24,799 bases of DNA from Sulfurimonadaceae bacterium (GTDB lineage: Bacteria; Campylobacterota; Campylobacteria; Campylobacterales; Sulfurimonadaceae): NCBI GenBank assembly GCA_041571435.1, contig JBFFUI010000034.1, positions 1 through 24,799 on the forward strand, in the 5' to 3' direction. A program made the translations under genes and the position numbers. Below, one piece after another: positions 1-16,500 of the stretch (the first letter of the stretch is position 1; each line of letters opens with the position of its first letter). The notes beneath the pieces were generated by a model. It did no database searches. It was not told where the DNA came from and saw only the letters and a program-made list of their open reading frames with translations.

Positions 1-233
1 GGGGTTGAATCTCCACTTTTTATGACTTTGGAAATGAGTGACTTCGATAGGTTCAGGTAGCGTGCGATGTCTGCCTGAGTGTAGCCGTCCAAATAGGCAT
101 TGATGATCGCCATGTTTCTAGCTAGTTTACAATCTACATCGTAGAAATGTTCTTCAAATGCTTTAGATCGGTTCACTCTTATGCCCTCATCGGTTTTCTC
201 TATTTTTTCCTTCTTAAAATTACACCCCAGGGC
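1..233 (-). pseudogene. 3' fragment of an HTH-ending gene, probably the C-terminus of a transposase (RAYT/Y1-like); runs off the window edge
   Basis: Manual translation of the - strand is open from 233 to the edge: ...KKEKIEKTDEGIRVNRSKAFEEHFYDVDCKLARNMAIINAYLDGYTQADIARYLNLSKSLISKVIKSGDSTP. GYTQADIARYLNLSKSLISKVI is a clear helix-turn-helix. An in-frame TAA lies at 236-234 and there is no catalytic domain. Transposase assignment is from recalled similarity, not a search. Confidence 0.55.
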
Positions 234-300
234 TTAAATCTCCACTTTCAAGCACCTTCGAAACAAGCAACACAGATAGATTTAAATGCCCGGCAGTGCT
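220..300 (-). pseudogene. Second, more degenerate remnant of the same HTH C-terminus
   Basis: - strand reads STAGHLNLSVLLVSKVLESGDLSPGV* (TAA at 222-220), which aligns with DIARYLNLSKSLISKVIKSGDSTP of the first fragment. No start codon. Confidence 0.55.
230..248. repeat. 19-bp direct repeat, second copy at 1-19
   Basis: gggcttaaatctccacttt (230-248) vs ggggttgaatctccacttt (1-19), 17/19 identical. Confidence 0.75.
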
Positions 301-383
301 AACGGCTGTGTTGGTTTTTCTGCTTATGAGAATTTCTTCAAAAATTTCACTGCCACCTACTTGTAATTAAAAGAAACTTTCGG

Positions 384-389
384 TATAAT
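384..389 (+). promoter_or_regulatory. Putative sigma70 -10 box for rplJ
   Basis: ggTATAAT with AT-rich upstream sequence, about 210 nt before the rplJ ATG. Confidence 0.6.
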
Positions 390-497
390 TGCGTTCCAAA
401 TTCAAAAAAACAGACGTTTTTACCTACAAATCTATGGATTTTTAGATAAAGATTTCGATTAGTGAGAAGTTCGCTTCTCACACGAATTCTGGATTAC

Positions 498-590
498 TTG
501 GACTAATGATAGTTGGGGGTTTCTGCAGAGTTTGCAGTAAGCTTAATCGGCCTTTCCCGCCCCTCTTGAAGTTAAAGTCTGGAAAGGAGA
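498..590 (+). ncRNA. L10-leader-like cis-regulatory RNA
   Basis: Directly upstream of rplJ. Outer stem ttggact/agtctgg, purine-rich internal loop (aatgatag / ttgaag), ggggg/cccctc stem, ctgca-gagtt-tgcag hairpin, gcttaat motif. cctttcc (551-557) is complementary to ggaaagg (581-587), which overlaps the SD. Confidence 0.55.
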
Positions 591-596
591 ATATAA

Positions 597-1088
597 ATGT
601 TAAAATCTAGAAAAGCTGAATTGATTGCTGAACTTACGGAATCATTTACAGATAAAGCAGCAGTCATCGTATGTGAATACAAAGGATTGACTGTTGACAG
701 ACTAGAAACTCTTCGTAAAGCTGCACGTGCTAAAGATGTAAAAGTACAAGTTATCAAAAATAGCTTGGCATCACTTGCTCTTGGCAATGCAAAGATGACG
801 GGTCTTGAACTTAAAGACACAAACATCTTTTTATGGTCTGAAGACGTTATCTCTGCATCGAAAGTTGCATCAGATTTCGCAGGCGATAAAGCAAACGAAG
901 ATAAGTTTGCAATCAAAGCGGGTTACCTTGACGGTGAAGCTGCTGACAAAGCAAAAATCGAAGCGTTTGCAAAACTTCCAGGACGCGAAGAGCTTCTTGG
1001 TATGCTTGCTGCGACTTGGATGGCACCGCTCACGAACCTTGCGTTCGGTCTCGATGCGCTTAGACAAAAAAAAGAAGCTGAAGCCTAA
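597..1088 (+). CDS. rplJ: 50S ribosomal protein L10 (uL10)
   Basis: 163 aa; YKGLTV..LETLRK, VIKNSLA, AKLPGREELLGML motifs; SD aaggag; precedes rplL. Confidence 0.97.
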   Translation: MLKSRKAELIAELTESFTDKAAVIVCEYKGLTVDRLETLRKAARAKDVKVQVIKNSLASLALGNAKMTGLELKDTNIFLWSEDVISASKVASDFAGDKANEDKFAIKAGYLDGEAADKAKIEAFAKLPGREELLGMLAATWMAPLTNLAFGLDALRQKKEAEA

Positions 1089-1197
1089 GCTCAGCCCTTT
1101 GAGATTTGTGGCTTAACCACTTAAAGTCTGTCCGGACTTAACTTGATCTGTAAAAAATAGCAGATTATAAAACTAAATTAAATAATGGAGAAACATT

Positions 1198-1569
1198 ATG
1201 GCTGTAACTAAAGAAGATGTATTAGAATTTATCTCTGGTCTTTCTGTTCTTGAGCTTTCTGAGCTTGTAAAAGAATTCGAAGAAAAATTTGGCGTATCTG
1301 CTCAACCTGTAGCGATGGCTGGTGGCGCTGCAGCTGCTGCTGACGCTGGTGAAGAAAAAACTGAGTTCGATGTTGTTATCACTGATGCTGGTGCTAAGAA
1401 AATCGGTGTTATTAAAGCTATCCGTGGTCTTACTGGCCTTGGTCTTAAAGAAGCTAAAGAAGCTGCAGAATCTCTTCCATCTACTATTAAAGAAGGTGTT
1501 GATAAAGAGACTGCTGAAGCTGCAAAAGCTGAGCTTGAAGCTGCAGGCGCAACTGTCGAAGTTAAATAA
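1198..1569 (+). CDS. rplL: 50S ribosomal protein L7/L12 (bL12)
   Basis: [44 protein letters not shown]. Confidence 0.99.
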   Translation: MAVTKEDVLEFISGLSVLELSELVKEFEEKFGVSAQPVAMAGGAAAAADAGEEKTEFDVVITDAGAKKIGVIKAIRGLTGLGLKEAKEAAESLPSTIKEGVDKETAEAAKAELEAAGATVEVK

Positions 1570-1612
1570 TTTCGCTTTAAACGACAAGGAACTCTCCTTG
1601 TCATTCGTTCAC

Positions 1613-1658
1613 AGGCCGCTTTGATCGGGTGCTTTGGCACCCAGTCAAAGTGGCCTTT
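1613..1658 (+). terminator. Strong hairpin after rplL, possible attenuator or processing site
   Basis: aggccgctttgat-c-gggtgc-tttg-gcaccc-a-gtcaaagtggcct followed by only a short T run. Confidence 0.5.
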
Positions 1659-1758
1659 GCGCGTTAGAGACCACAGACATTTATTACTTGTGGCTGTTAT
1701 GTCCTTGGACGCTTGGACTATTCCCGTTAATTAAACTAAACTCTTTTATTACACACAT

Positions 1759-1817
1759 TATGCAGCAGAAACTGCAATTGTAGTCATGATATTGCATTTT
1801 GCAATTTCTACTGCATA
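1759..1817 (+). repeat. Long imperfect inverted repeat in the rpoB leader
   Basis: tatgcagcagaaactgcaa ... ttgcaatttctactgcata pairs with two mismatches. Confidence 0.6.
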
Positions 1818-1911
1818 TAGGGCAGATGCGCTCGATGTATTTGCGACCAGCCCCCGGACACTGTTTCGACTGGCGTATGAGTCTTGTTTGATTATTATAA
1901 AATTACCTTAG

Positions 1912-10597
<8,686 letters not shown>

Positions 10598-10619
10598 GCC
10601 TTACGTTTATAGAATACGC

Positions 10620-10687
10620 CGAATGGGAAAAGACCCATTCGCTTAGACTGTTTCTGAGCTCTCCTGAATGGAGGCTCACCTAGAGAC
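10620..10687 (+). terminator. Tandem hairpins downstream of rpoC (possible terminator or 3' stabiliser)
   Basis: cgaatggg-aaaaga-cccattcg (10620-10641) and tgagc-t-ctcc-tgaat-ggag-gctca (10655-10678); no canonical U tract. Confidence 0.45.
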
Positions 10688-10788
10688 GAGGCTATTGATA
10701 TCTTCTGCAAACTTTTCATTTCTACACAATCTTTTACACTCTTAACCCTTTTTAAAGTAATTAGATCATCACTTAATATATTACAAAA

Positions 10789-10794
10789 TATAAT
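10789..10794 (+). promoter_or_regulatory. Putative -10 box for the rhodanese gene
   Basis: TATAAT in AT-rich context about 65 nt upstream of the ATG; SD aaggag at 10847-10852. Confidence 0.5.
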
Positions 10795-10857
10795 GCATGA
10801 ACAGATAGGGCACGTTCGTTGAGCGTTACATGCTTTATAACATGACAAGGAGATGAA

Positions 10858-11325
10858 ATGAAACTACATAAACTGGCCGTTGCGGCTCTTATAGGATTTG
10901 GTCTAACAATGCCGTTGACGGCGGGAGATGCGCTCAGCGAAGCTTTGGTCAAGAAGGCGGAGAAGAATGTTCAGGCCATCACGCCGGCAGAGCTCTTTAA
11001 AATGATCGATGAAGGTGAAGTGCCTTTTATCGCGCTTGATGTCCGTGAAGCAGATATGCGTATGGAAGGCACTTTTGATTCTGAAGAGAATGTTGAGATC
11101 GCACGCGGTGTCTTGGAATTTGACGTTGGCGCTGCAATCCCGAATAAAAATGCTCTGGTCATTGTCTACTGTCGTGTCGGTAAAAGTGCTGCACTGGCTG
11201 CACAGACAATGAAGTATCATCTCGGCTATACAAACGTACGTTACCTGAAGGGCGGGCTTGATGCCTGGATGGAAGCAGGCTACAGTATCTACAACCATTT
11301 CGGCGAAGTCAAACTGGCGAAATAA
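10858..11325 (+). CDS. Exported single-domain rhodanese/sulfurtransferase (Sud-like)
   Basis: Signal peptide MKLHKLAVAALIGFGLTMPLTA; rhodanese motifs LDVRE, IARGVLE, active-site loop VYCRVGKSA, YLKGGLDAWMEAG. Confidence 0.9.
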   Translation: MKLHKLAVAALIGFGLTMPLTAGDALSEALVKKAEKNVQAITPAELFKMIDEGEVPFIALDVREADMRMEGTFDSEENVEIARGVLEFDVGAAIPNKNALVIVYCRVGKSAALAAQTMKYHLGYTNVRYLKGGLDAWMEAGYSIYNHFGEVKLAK

Positions 11326-11326
11326 G

Positions 11327-11392
11327 CTACTTAGTCGTATCACTATACCGGTATCCACTCTTGAAGATAGATCCGGTATATTTGGTATGTAG
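11327..11392 (+). terminator. Extended hairpin after the rhodanese gene
   Basis: Core tataccgg (11344-11351) / ccggtata (11373-11380), extended by gtatca/tggtat and ctac/gtag. Confidence 0.45.
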
Positions 11393-11550
11393 AGATGTAT
11401 GAGCATACGTTAACATAGAATTTATGTCGATTTATTGCTCGTGGTCTTTATAATAACTTCGTCAATTTCAAGACTTATTGACCCTACTCACTCTCAAAAC
11501 TTCAGACAACTTAACCATGATATTAAAGCTACTCTTTATTCTGATTTGAG

Positions 11551-11556
11551 TATAAT
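11551..11556 (+). promoter_or_regulatory. Putative -10 box for rpsL-rpsG-fusA
   Basis: gagTATAAT about 60 nt upstream of the rpsL ATG. Confidence 0.6.
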
Positions 11557-11615
11557 CGCGCGTTTATTACTCCATCGTGAGTAATCTACTGGAACTTATT
11601 TTATAAAGGAATTGT

Positions 11616-11987
11616 ATGCCTACAATCAATCAATTGATTCGTAAAGAGCGCAAGCGTGTAGTCAAGAAGTCAAAATCTGCTGCACTAGTTTCGTGCCCTC
11701 AGCGTCGCGGTGTATGTACCCGTGTGTACACAACTACACCTAAAAAACCAAACTCGGCTCTACGTAAAGTAGCCAAAGTCCGTCTTACATCTGGATTCGA
11801 AGTTATTTCGTATATCGGTGGTGAGGGTCACAACCTTCAAGAGCACTCTATCGTTCTTGTACGTGGTGGTCGTGTAAAAGATTTACCGGGTGTTAAGTAT
11901 CACATCGTTCGTGGTGCACTTGATACAGCTGGTGTTTCTGGTCGTACTGTAGCTCGTTCTAAATACGGAACTAAGAAGCCTAAGTAA
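11616..11987 (+). CDS. rpsL: 30S ribosomal protein S12
   Basis: [41 protein letters not shown]. Confidence 0.99.
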   Translation: MPTINQLIRKERKRVVKKSKSAALVSCPQRRGVCTRVYTTTPKKPNSALRKVAKVRLTSGFEVISYIGGEGHNLQEHSIVLVRGGRVKDLPGVKYHIVRGALDTAGVSGRTVARSKYGTKKPK

Positions 11988-12104
11988 CAACCAAAAGTCC
12001 GTTAACTACGCAATAACTCCGAAGACTCAGGTGAGTTGAAAGAGAGTATTTTTGTAGGAGACAAAAACAGAGACAAAGGTCTTTGAGTAAATTTTTAAAA
12101 TTGA

Positions 12105-12584
<480 letters not shown>

Positions 12585-12600
12585 TCACTTCGTAACTGTT

Positions 12601-12626
12601 GTAGAGCATACTTCGGCATGCTCTAC
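12601..12626 (+). other. UUCG-tetraloop hairpin in the rpsG-fusA spacer
   Basis: gtagagcat-a-c(ttcg)g-c-atgctctac. Confidence 0.65.
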
Positions 12627-12633
12627 CACATGC

Positions 12634-12703
12634 CGGAAAACGAGAAACGGAAAGCGGAAAGCGGAGCTTACTCCCTTTTCCGATTTCCGATTTCCGATTT
12701 TCG
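12634..12703. repeat. Inverted array of tandem heptamers forming a 70-nt hairpin
   Basis: cggaaaa cgagaaa cggaaag cggaaag cggag [ctta] ctccc ttttccg atttccg atttccg attttcg. Confidence 0.85.
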
Positions 12704-12727
12704 AACTAAATATATAGGACATTAATT

Positions 12728-14818
12728 ATGGCAAGATCACATAAATTAGAAGATGTAAGAAACATCGGTATTGCTGCGCACATTGATGCGGGTAAAACAA
12801 CGACAACAGAACGTATTCTTTTCTATACAGGTGTTGAGCACAAGATCGGTGAGGTTCACGACGGTGCGGCGACAATGGACTGGATGGAGCAAGAGCAAGA
12901 GCGTGGTATTACGATTACGTCTGCTGCGACAACTTGTGAATGGAGTGGTAAACAGATCAACATTATCGATACTCCGGGCCACGTTGACTTCACGATCGAA
13001 GTTGAGCGTTCTATGCGTGTACTTGACGGTGCAGTATCTGTTTTCTGTGCGGTCGGTGGTGTTCAGCCGCAATCTGAGACTGTATGGCGTCAACGTAACC
13101 GTTATGGCGTGCCATCAATTGTTTTTGTAAACAAGATGGACCGTACAGGTGCAGACTTCTACGAAGTTGAAAACCAGATTCGTGACCGTTTGAAAGGTAA
13201 CCCAGTGCCAATTCAGCTTCCTATCGGTGCTGAAGATGGTTTCCAGGGTGTTGTTGATCTTGTAAAAATGAAAGCGATCGTTTGGGATCAAGATGCAGCG
13301 ATGGGTTCTAACTACCACGTTGAAGATATCCCGGCTGACATGCAAGACAGAGCTGAAGAGTACCGTGAGAAGATGATCGAAGAGATCTCTTCAGTTGACG
13401 GTAACGAAGAGCTTATGGAAAAATACATGGAAGGTGAAGAGCTTACTGAAGAGGAGATCGTTGCAGGAATCAAAGCAGCGACTATCGGTATGCACATCGT
13501 TCCGATGACAGCGGGTACAGCGTTCAAGAACAAAGGTGTTCAGACACTTCTTGATGCAGTTGTTGCTTACCTACCTTCACCGGTAGAAGCACCTGCGATC
13601 AAGGGTACGATGATGGATAACGAAGAAGAGGAAGTAAGTGTACCATCGACTGATGACGGTTCATTCGCTGCATTGGCATTCAAGATCATGACCGATCCAT
13701 TTGTCGGTGTCCTTACCTTCATCCGTGTTTACCGTGGTTCACTTGAGTCTGGCTCATATGTTCACAACACGACTAAAGACAAGAAAGAGCGTGTTGGCCG
13801 TATTGTTAAGATGCACGCGATCAAACGTGAAGAGGTCAAAGAGATCTACGCGGGTGAGATCGGTGCGGTTGTAGGTCTTAAATCAACAACGACAGGTGAT
13901 ACGCTGTGTGCTCCGGAAGACAAAGTCGTTCTTGAGCGTATGGACTTCCCAGAGCCGGTTATCTCGGTTGCTGTTGAGCCTAAGACTAAAGCTGACCAGG
14001 AAAAAATGGGTATTGCACTGGGTAAACTTGCTGCAGAAGATCCATCGTTCCGTGTTCACACTGACGAAGAGTCTGGTCAGACAATCATCTCTGGTATGGG
14101 TGAGCTTCACCTTGAGATCCTTGTTGACCGTATGTTCCGTGAGTTCAAGGTTGAGGCTGAAGTTGGTGCGCCACAGGTTTCTTACCGTGAGACGATCAAA
14201 AAAGAGGTCAACCAAGAGTACAAATACGCTAAGCAGTCGGGTGGTCGTGGTCAGTTCGGACACGTCTATCTTACTATCAAGCCGGGTGAAGCAGGTACAG
14301 GTTATATCTTCCACAATGAGATCAAAGGTGGTACGGTTCCTCGCGAATACATCCCAGCTGTTGAAAAAGGTTGTGAAGAAGCGATGCAAAACGGTGTTCT
14401 TGCCGGTTACCCGATCGAAGATGTTGAAGTTACACTTTATGACGGTTCATACCACGATGTCGACTCGAACGAGATGGCGTTTAAACTTGCTGCTTCAATG
14501 GGATTCAAAGAGGGTGCACGTAAAGCTGACCCAGCGATCCTTGAGCCGTTGATGAAAGTCGAAGTTGAAGTTCCTGAAGATTTCATGGGTGACGTTATCG
14601 GTGACCTTAACCGTCGTCGTGGTCAGGTTAACAACATGGGTGACCGTTCAGGTAACAAGATTGTTGATGCTTTCGTACCACTTTCAGAGATGTTCGGTTA
14701 CTCGACTGACCTTCGTTCTGCTACGCAGGGTCGTGCAACATACTCTATGGAATTCGATCACTACGAAGAAGTTCCACGTAACGTTGCTGAAGAGATCATC
14801 AAAAAGCGTAACGGATAA
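12728..14818 (+). CDS. fusA: Elongation factor G
   Basis: 696 aa; [46 protein letters not shown]. Confidence 0.99.
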   Translation: MARSHKLEDVRNIGIAAHIDAGKTTTTERILFYTGVEHKIGEVHDGAATMDWMEQEQERGITITSAATTCEWSGKQINIIDTPGHVDFTIEVERSMRVLDGAVSVFCAVGGVQPQSETVWRQRNRYGVPSIVFVNKMDRTGADFYEVENQIRDRLKGNPVPIQLPIGAEDGFQGVVDLVKMKAIVWDQDAAMGSNYHVEDIPADMQDRAEEYREKMIEEISSVDGNEELMEKYMEGEELTEEEIVAGIKAATIGMHIVPMTAGTAFKNKGVQTLLDAVVAYLPSPVEAPAIKGTMMDNEEEEVSVPSTDDGSFAALAFKIMTDPFVGVLTFIRVYRGSLESGSYVHNTTKDKKERVGRIVKMHAIKREEVKEIYAGEIGAVVGLKSTTTGDTLCAPEDKVVLERMDFPEPVISVAVEPKTKADQEKMGIALGKLAAEDPSFRVHTDEESGQTIISGMGELHLEILVDRMFREFKVEAEVGAPQVSYRETIKKEVNQEYKYAKQSGGRGQFGHVYLTIKPGEAGTGYIFHNEIKGGTVPREYIPAVEKGCEEAMQNGVLAGYPIEDVEVTLYDGSYHDVDSNEMAFKLAASMGFKEGARKADPAILEPLMKVEVEVPEDFMGDVIGDLNRRRGQVNNMGDRSGNKIVDAFVPLSEMFGYSTDLRSATQGRATYSMEFDHYEEVPRNVAEEIIKKRNG

Positions 14819-14834
14819 TCCTTACCAATTTATA

Positions 14835-14879
14835 AGTGATCCTTCAGGGTCACTGTTCTTGGCTGTTACTGCCAAGAAC
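14835..14879 (+). terminator. Two adjacent hairpins after fusA
   Basis: agtgatcc-ttca-gggtcact (14835-14854) and gttcttggc-tgttact-gccaagaac (14855-14879). Confidence 0.55.
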
Positions 14880-15005
14880 ATCTATCCTTCATTTATTCCG
14901 CTGAACCCAACAAACTTTTTTATTCTTTTGATAATACTTCAACTTATATGACGCTTTTAGTAATTTGACTGTAGAATATGATTGAATTATGTTTTAGGTT
15001 GAACA

Positions 15006-15680
15006 ATGAATAAATATCTGCTGTTGCTTGCACTGACCCTTTCTCTATTTGCACAAACCCCCAAATCGTTTGCAGCGCTTGGTGATATCATCTATAACGA
15101 TGTTGATAAATTTGAAAAGCTCAAAGAATTAGCATCGATGCAGGAGTTCACAACAAACATAGACAGTTATATCGCTTCTGCCAATGCAACTAAAAAGATC
15201 GGCTTAGCCCTTGACCAAGAGGGGGCGTCTGTTGATGGTGAAGCCTACCTTAAAGCACTTCGCAAACTCTCAACAGAACATGATGCCATTATCGTCAACA
15301 GTCGTAAACGCTTTAAAGAGGCGATTGCAGATGAAGATAGCGAGACGATCAACGGAATGATCACAATCGGCGTAATCGATCCAGAGGATTATAAGACAGA
15401 GCTTATGCACTATTACGAAGAGTTTAACGAAGATCAAAACCTGTCATCGTTAGTACCTTTTTACAATAAGTATGTCAAAGCTGAGAAAGAAGAAGCGGTC
15501 ATCAAGAAAAGTGCAAGTCCAGCACAGAGGGATGCAGATGAAGACGAGGCAAGCCTGAAACGTATGCGGGCCAAGCAGCAGGCAGAGGCCGAAGCACTGG
15601 AACGTGCGGTCAATGAAGAGAAAGAGCGTGCGAAAAAGGAAGTGCTGGACAAGCAGAAAAAAGAGTTGGGCATCGAGTAA
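15006..15680 (+). CDS. Exported hypothetical protein, helical, with a charged coiled-coil-like C-terminus
   Basis: 224-aa ORF; signal peptide MNKYLLLLALTLSLFA; candidate -10 TAGAAT at 14972-14977. Confidence 0.8.
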   Translation: MNKYLLLLALTLSLFAQTPKSFAALGDIIYNDVDKFEKLKELASMQEFTTNIDSYIASANATKKIGLALDQEGASVDGEAYLKALRKLSTEHDAIIVNSRKRFKEAIADEDSETINGMITIGVIDPEDYKTELMHYYEEFNEDQNLSSLVPFYNKYVKAEKEEAVIKKSASPAQRDADEDEASLKRMRAKQQAEAEALERAVNEEKERAKKEVLDKQKKELGIE

Positions 15681-15695
15681 ACAAACGCTTAGAAC

Positions 15696-16427
15696 TCAGT
15701 TCTCCTCTTTTTTATACCACTTGGGCTCTTCTACCTCTTTCGGGTTTCCCTCCAGCGTCAAGTAGGGTTTATAATCACTTTTATAGGCAAGGCTCTGACA
15801 CTCTTTGACATAGTACCCCATATAGATCCACTCAAGATTGTTTGTTTTGGCATAACTGATCTGACGAAGCATTGAGAACCTGCCCAGAGAAAGATGGCTG
15901 TAATCAGGGTCATAATAGAAATATATGGATGAGATACCGTTAGGCAGTATGTCGATCAGGTCGATAGCGATCAGTTTGTCCTCATCAAAAAAGAGTACTT
16001 CGTAGCCATACTCATTGTAACCGTTAACAAAAGACATATAGTAGTTCTTGATATTGATATCCTGTTTGTCCCAGCCGCGTCTTTCATGCATGTAATCGTG
16101 GTATTTCTCAAAGAGTGCTACGTGCGAATGTGAGGCTGTCGGGCGTCGCAGAACGGTCCTAATGTGGGCATTTTTTTTAAGGACGCGGCGTTCAGATTTG
16201 GAAAAGTGATAGTTGGCAACATCAATCTTGATGCTTTCACAGGCGCTGCACCCCTCGCACATCGGGCGAAAATACATGTTGCCGAAGCGACGCCAACCCC
16301 GCTCGATAAGATGGGCGTTGTACTCAATATCGCACTCATGAATGATCTTATAATGGGTAGTCTGGTTCAGTCCCGGAATATATGAGCACTCTTCGGAGAG
16401 TGCACACTCTTTTAACAGATGGTTCAT
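15696..16427 (-). CDS. ate: ATE1-family aminoacyl-tRNA--protein transferase (putative arginyltransferase / Bpt-type Asp/Glu leucyltransferase)
   Basis: CSYIP, RGWRRFG..YFRPMCEGCSACESIKI, ISSIYFYYDPDYSHLSLG, YMGYYVKECQSLAYK. Confidence 0.92.
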   Translation of the reverse strand: MNHLLKECALSEECSYIPGLNQTTHYKIIHECDIEYNAHLIERGWRRFGNMYFRPMCEGCSACESIKIDVANYHFSKSERRVLKKNAHIRTVLRRPTASHSHVALFEKYHDYMHERRGWDKQDINIKNYYMSFVNGYNEYGYEVLFFDEDKLIAIDLIDILPNGISSIYFYYDPDYSHLSLGRFSMLRQISYAKTNNLEWIYMGYYVKECQSLAYKSDYKPYLTLEGNPKEVEEPKWYKKEEN

Positions 16428-16500
16428 AGCTGTAATAATAGTTTTTTTTATGTTAGCACTGGATTAGCTATGGCGAAAGCCGACACGTTTTAAGTCGAAT

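Noticed and set aside
1089..1197. Short hairpins in the rplJ-rplL spacer
   Set aside because: Stems of only 4-6 bp; could be chance or generic mRNA stabilisers.
12634..12703. Possible CRISPR or mini-array
   Set aside because: Units are 7-nt tandem repeats without spacers and there are no cas genes; kept only as a repeat hairpin.
13085..13105. EF-G WRQRNRY instead of the common WRQA(D/N)KY
   Set aside because: Single substitution that may be lineage-typical; cannot be judged without an alignment.
14819..15005. Absence of tuf after fusA
   Set aside because: Normal for Campylobacterota, where tuf lies elsewhere (upstream of rpmG-secE-nusG).
16385..16403. 7-bp hairpin gcactct-tcgg-agagtgc in the first codons of ate
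   Set aside because: Single short palindrome within coding sequence; no other evidence of function.
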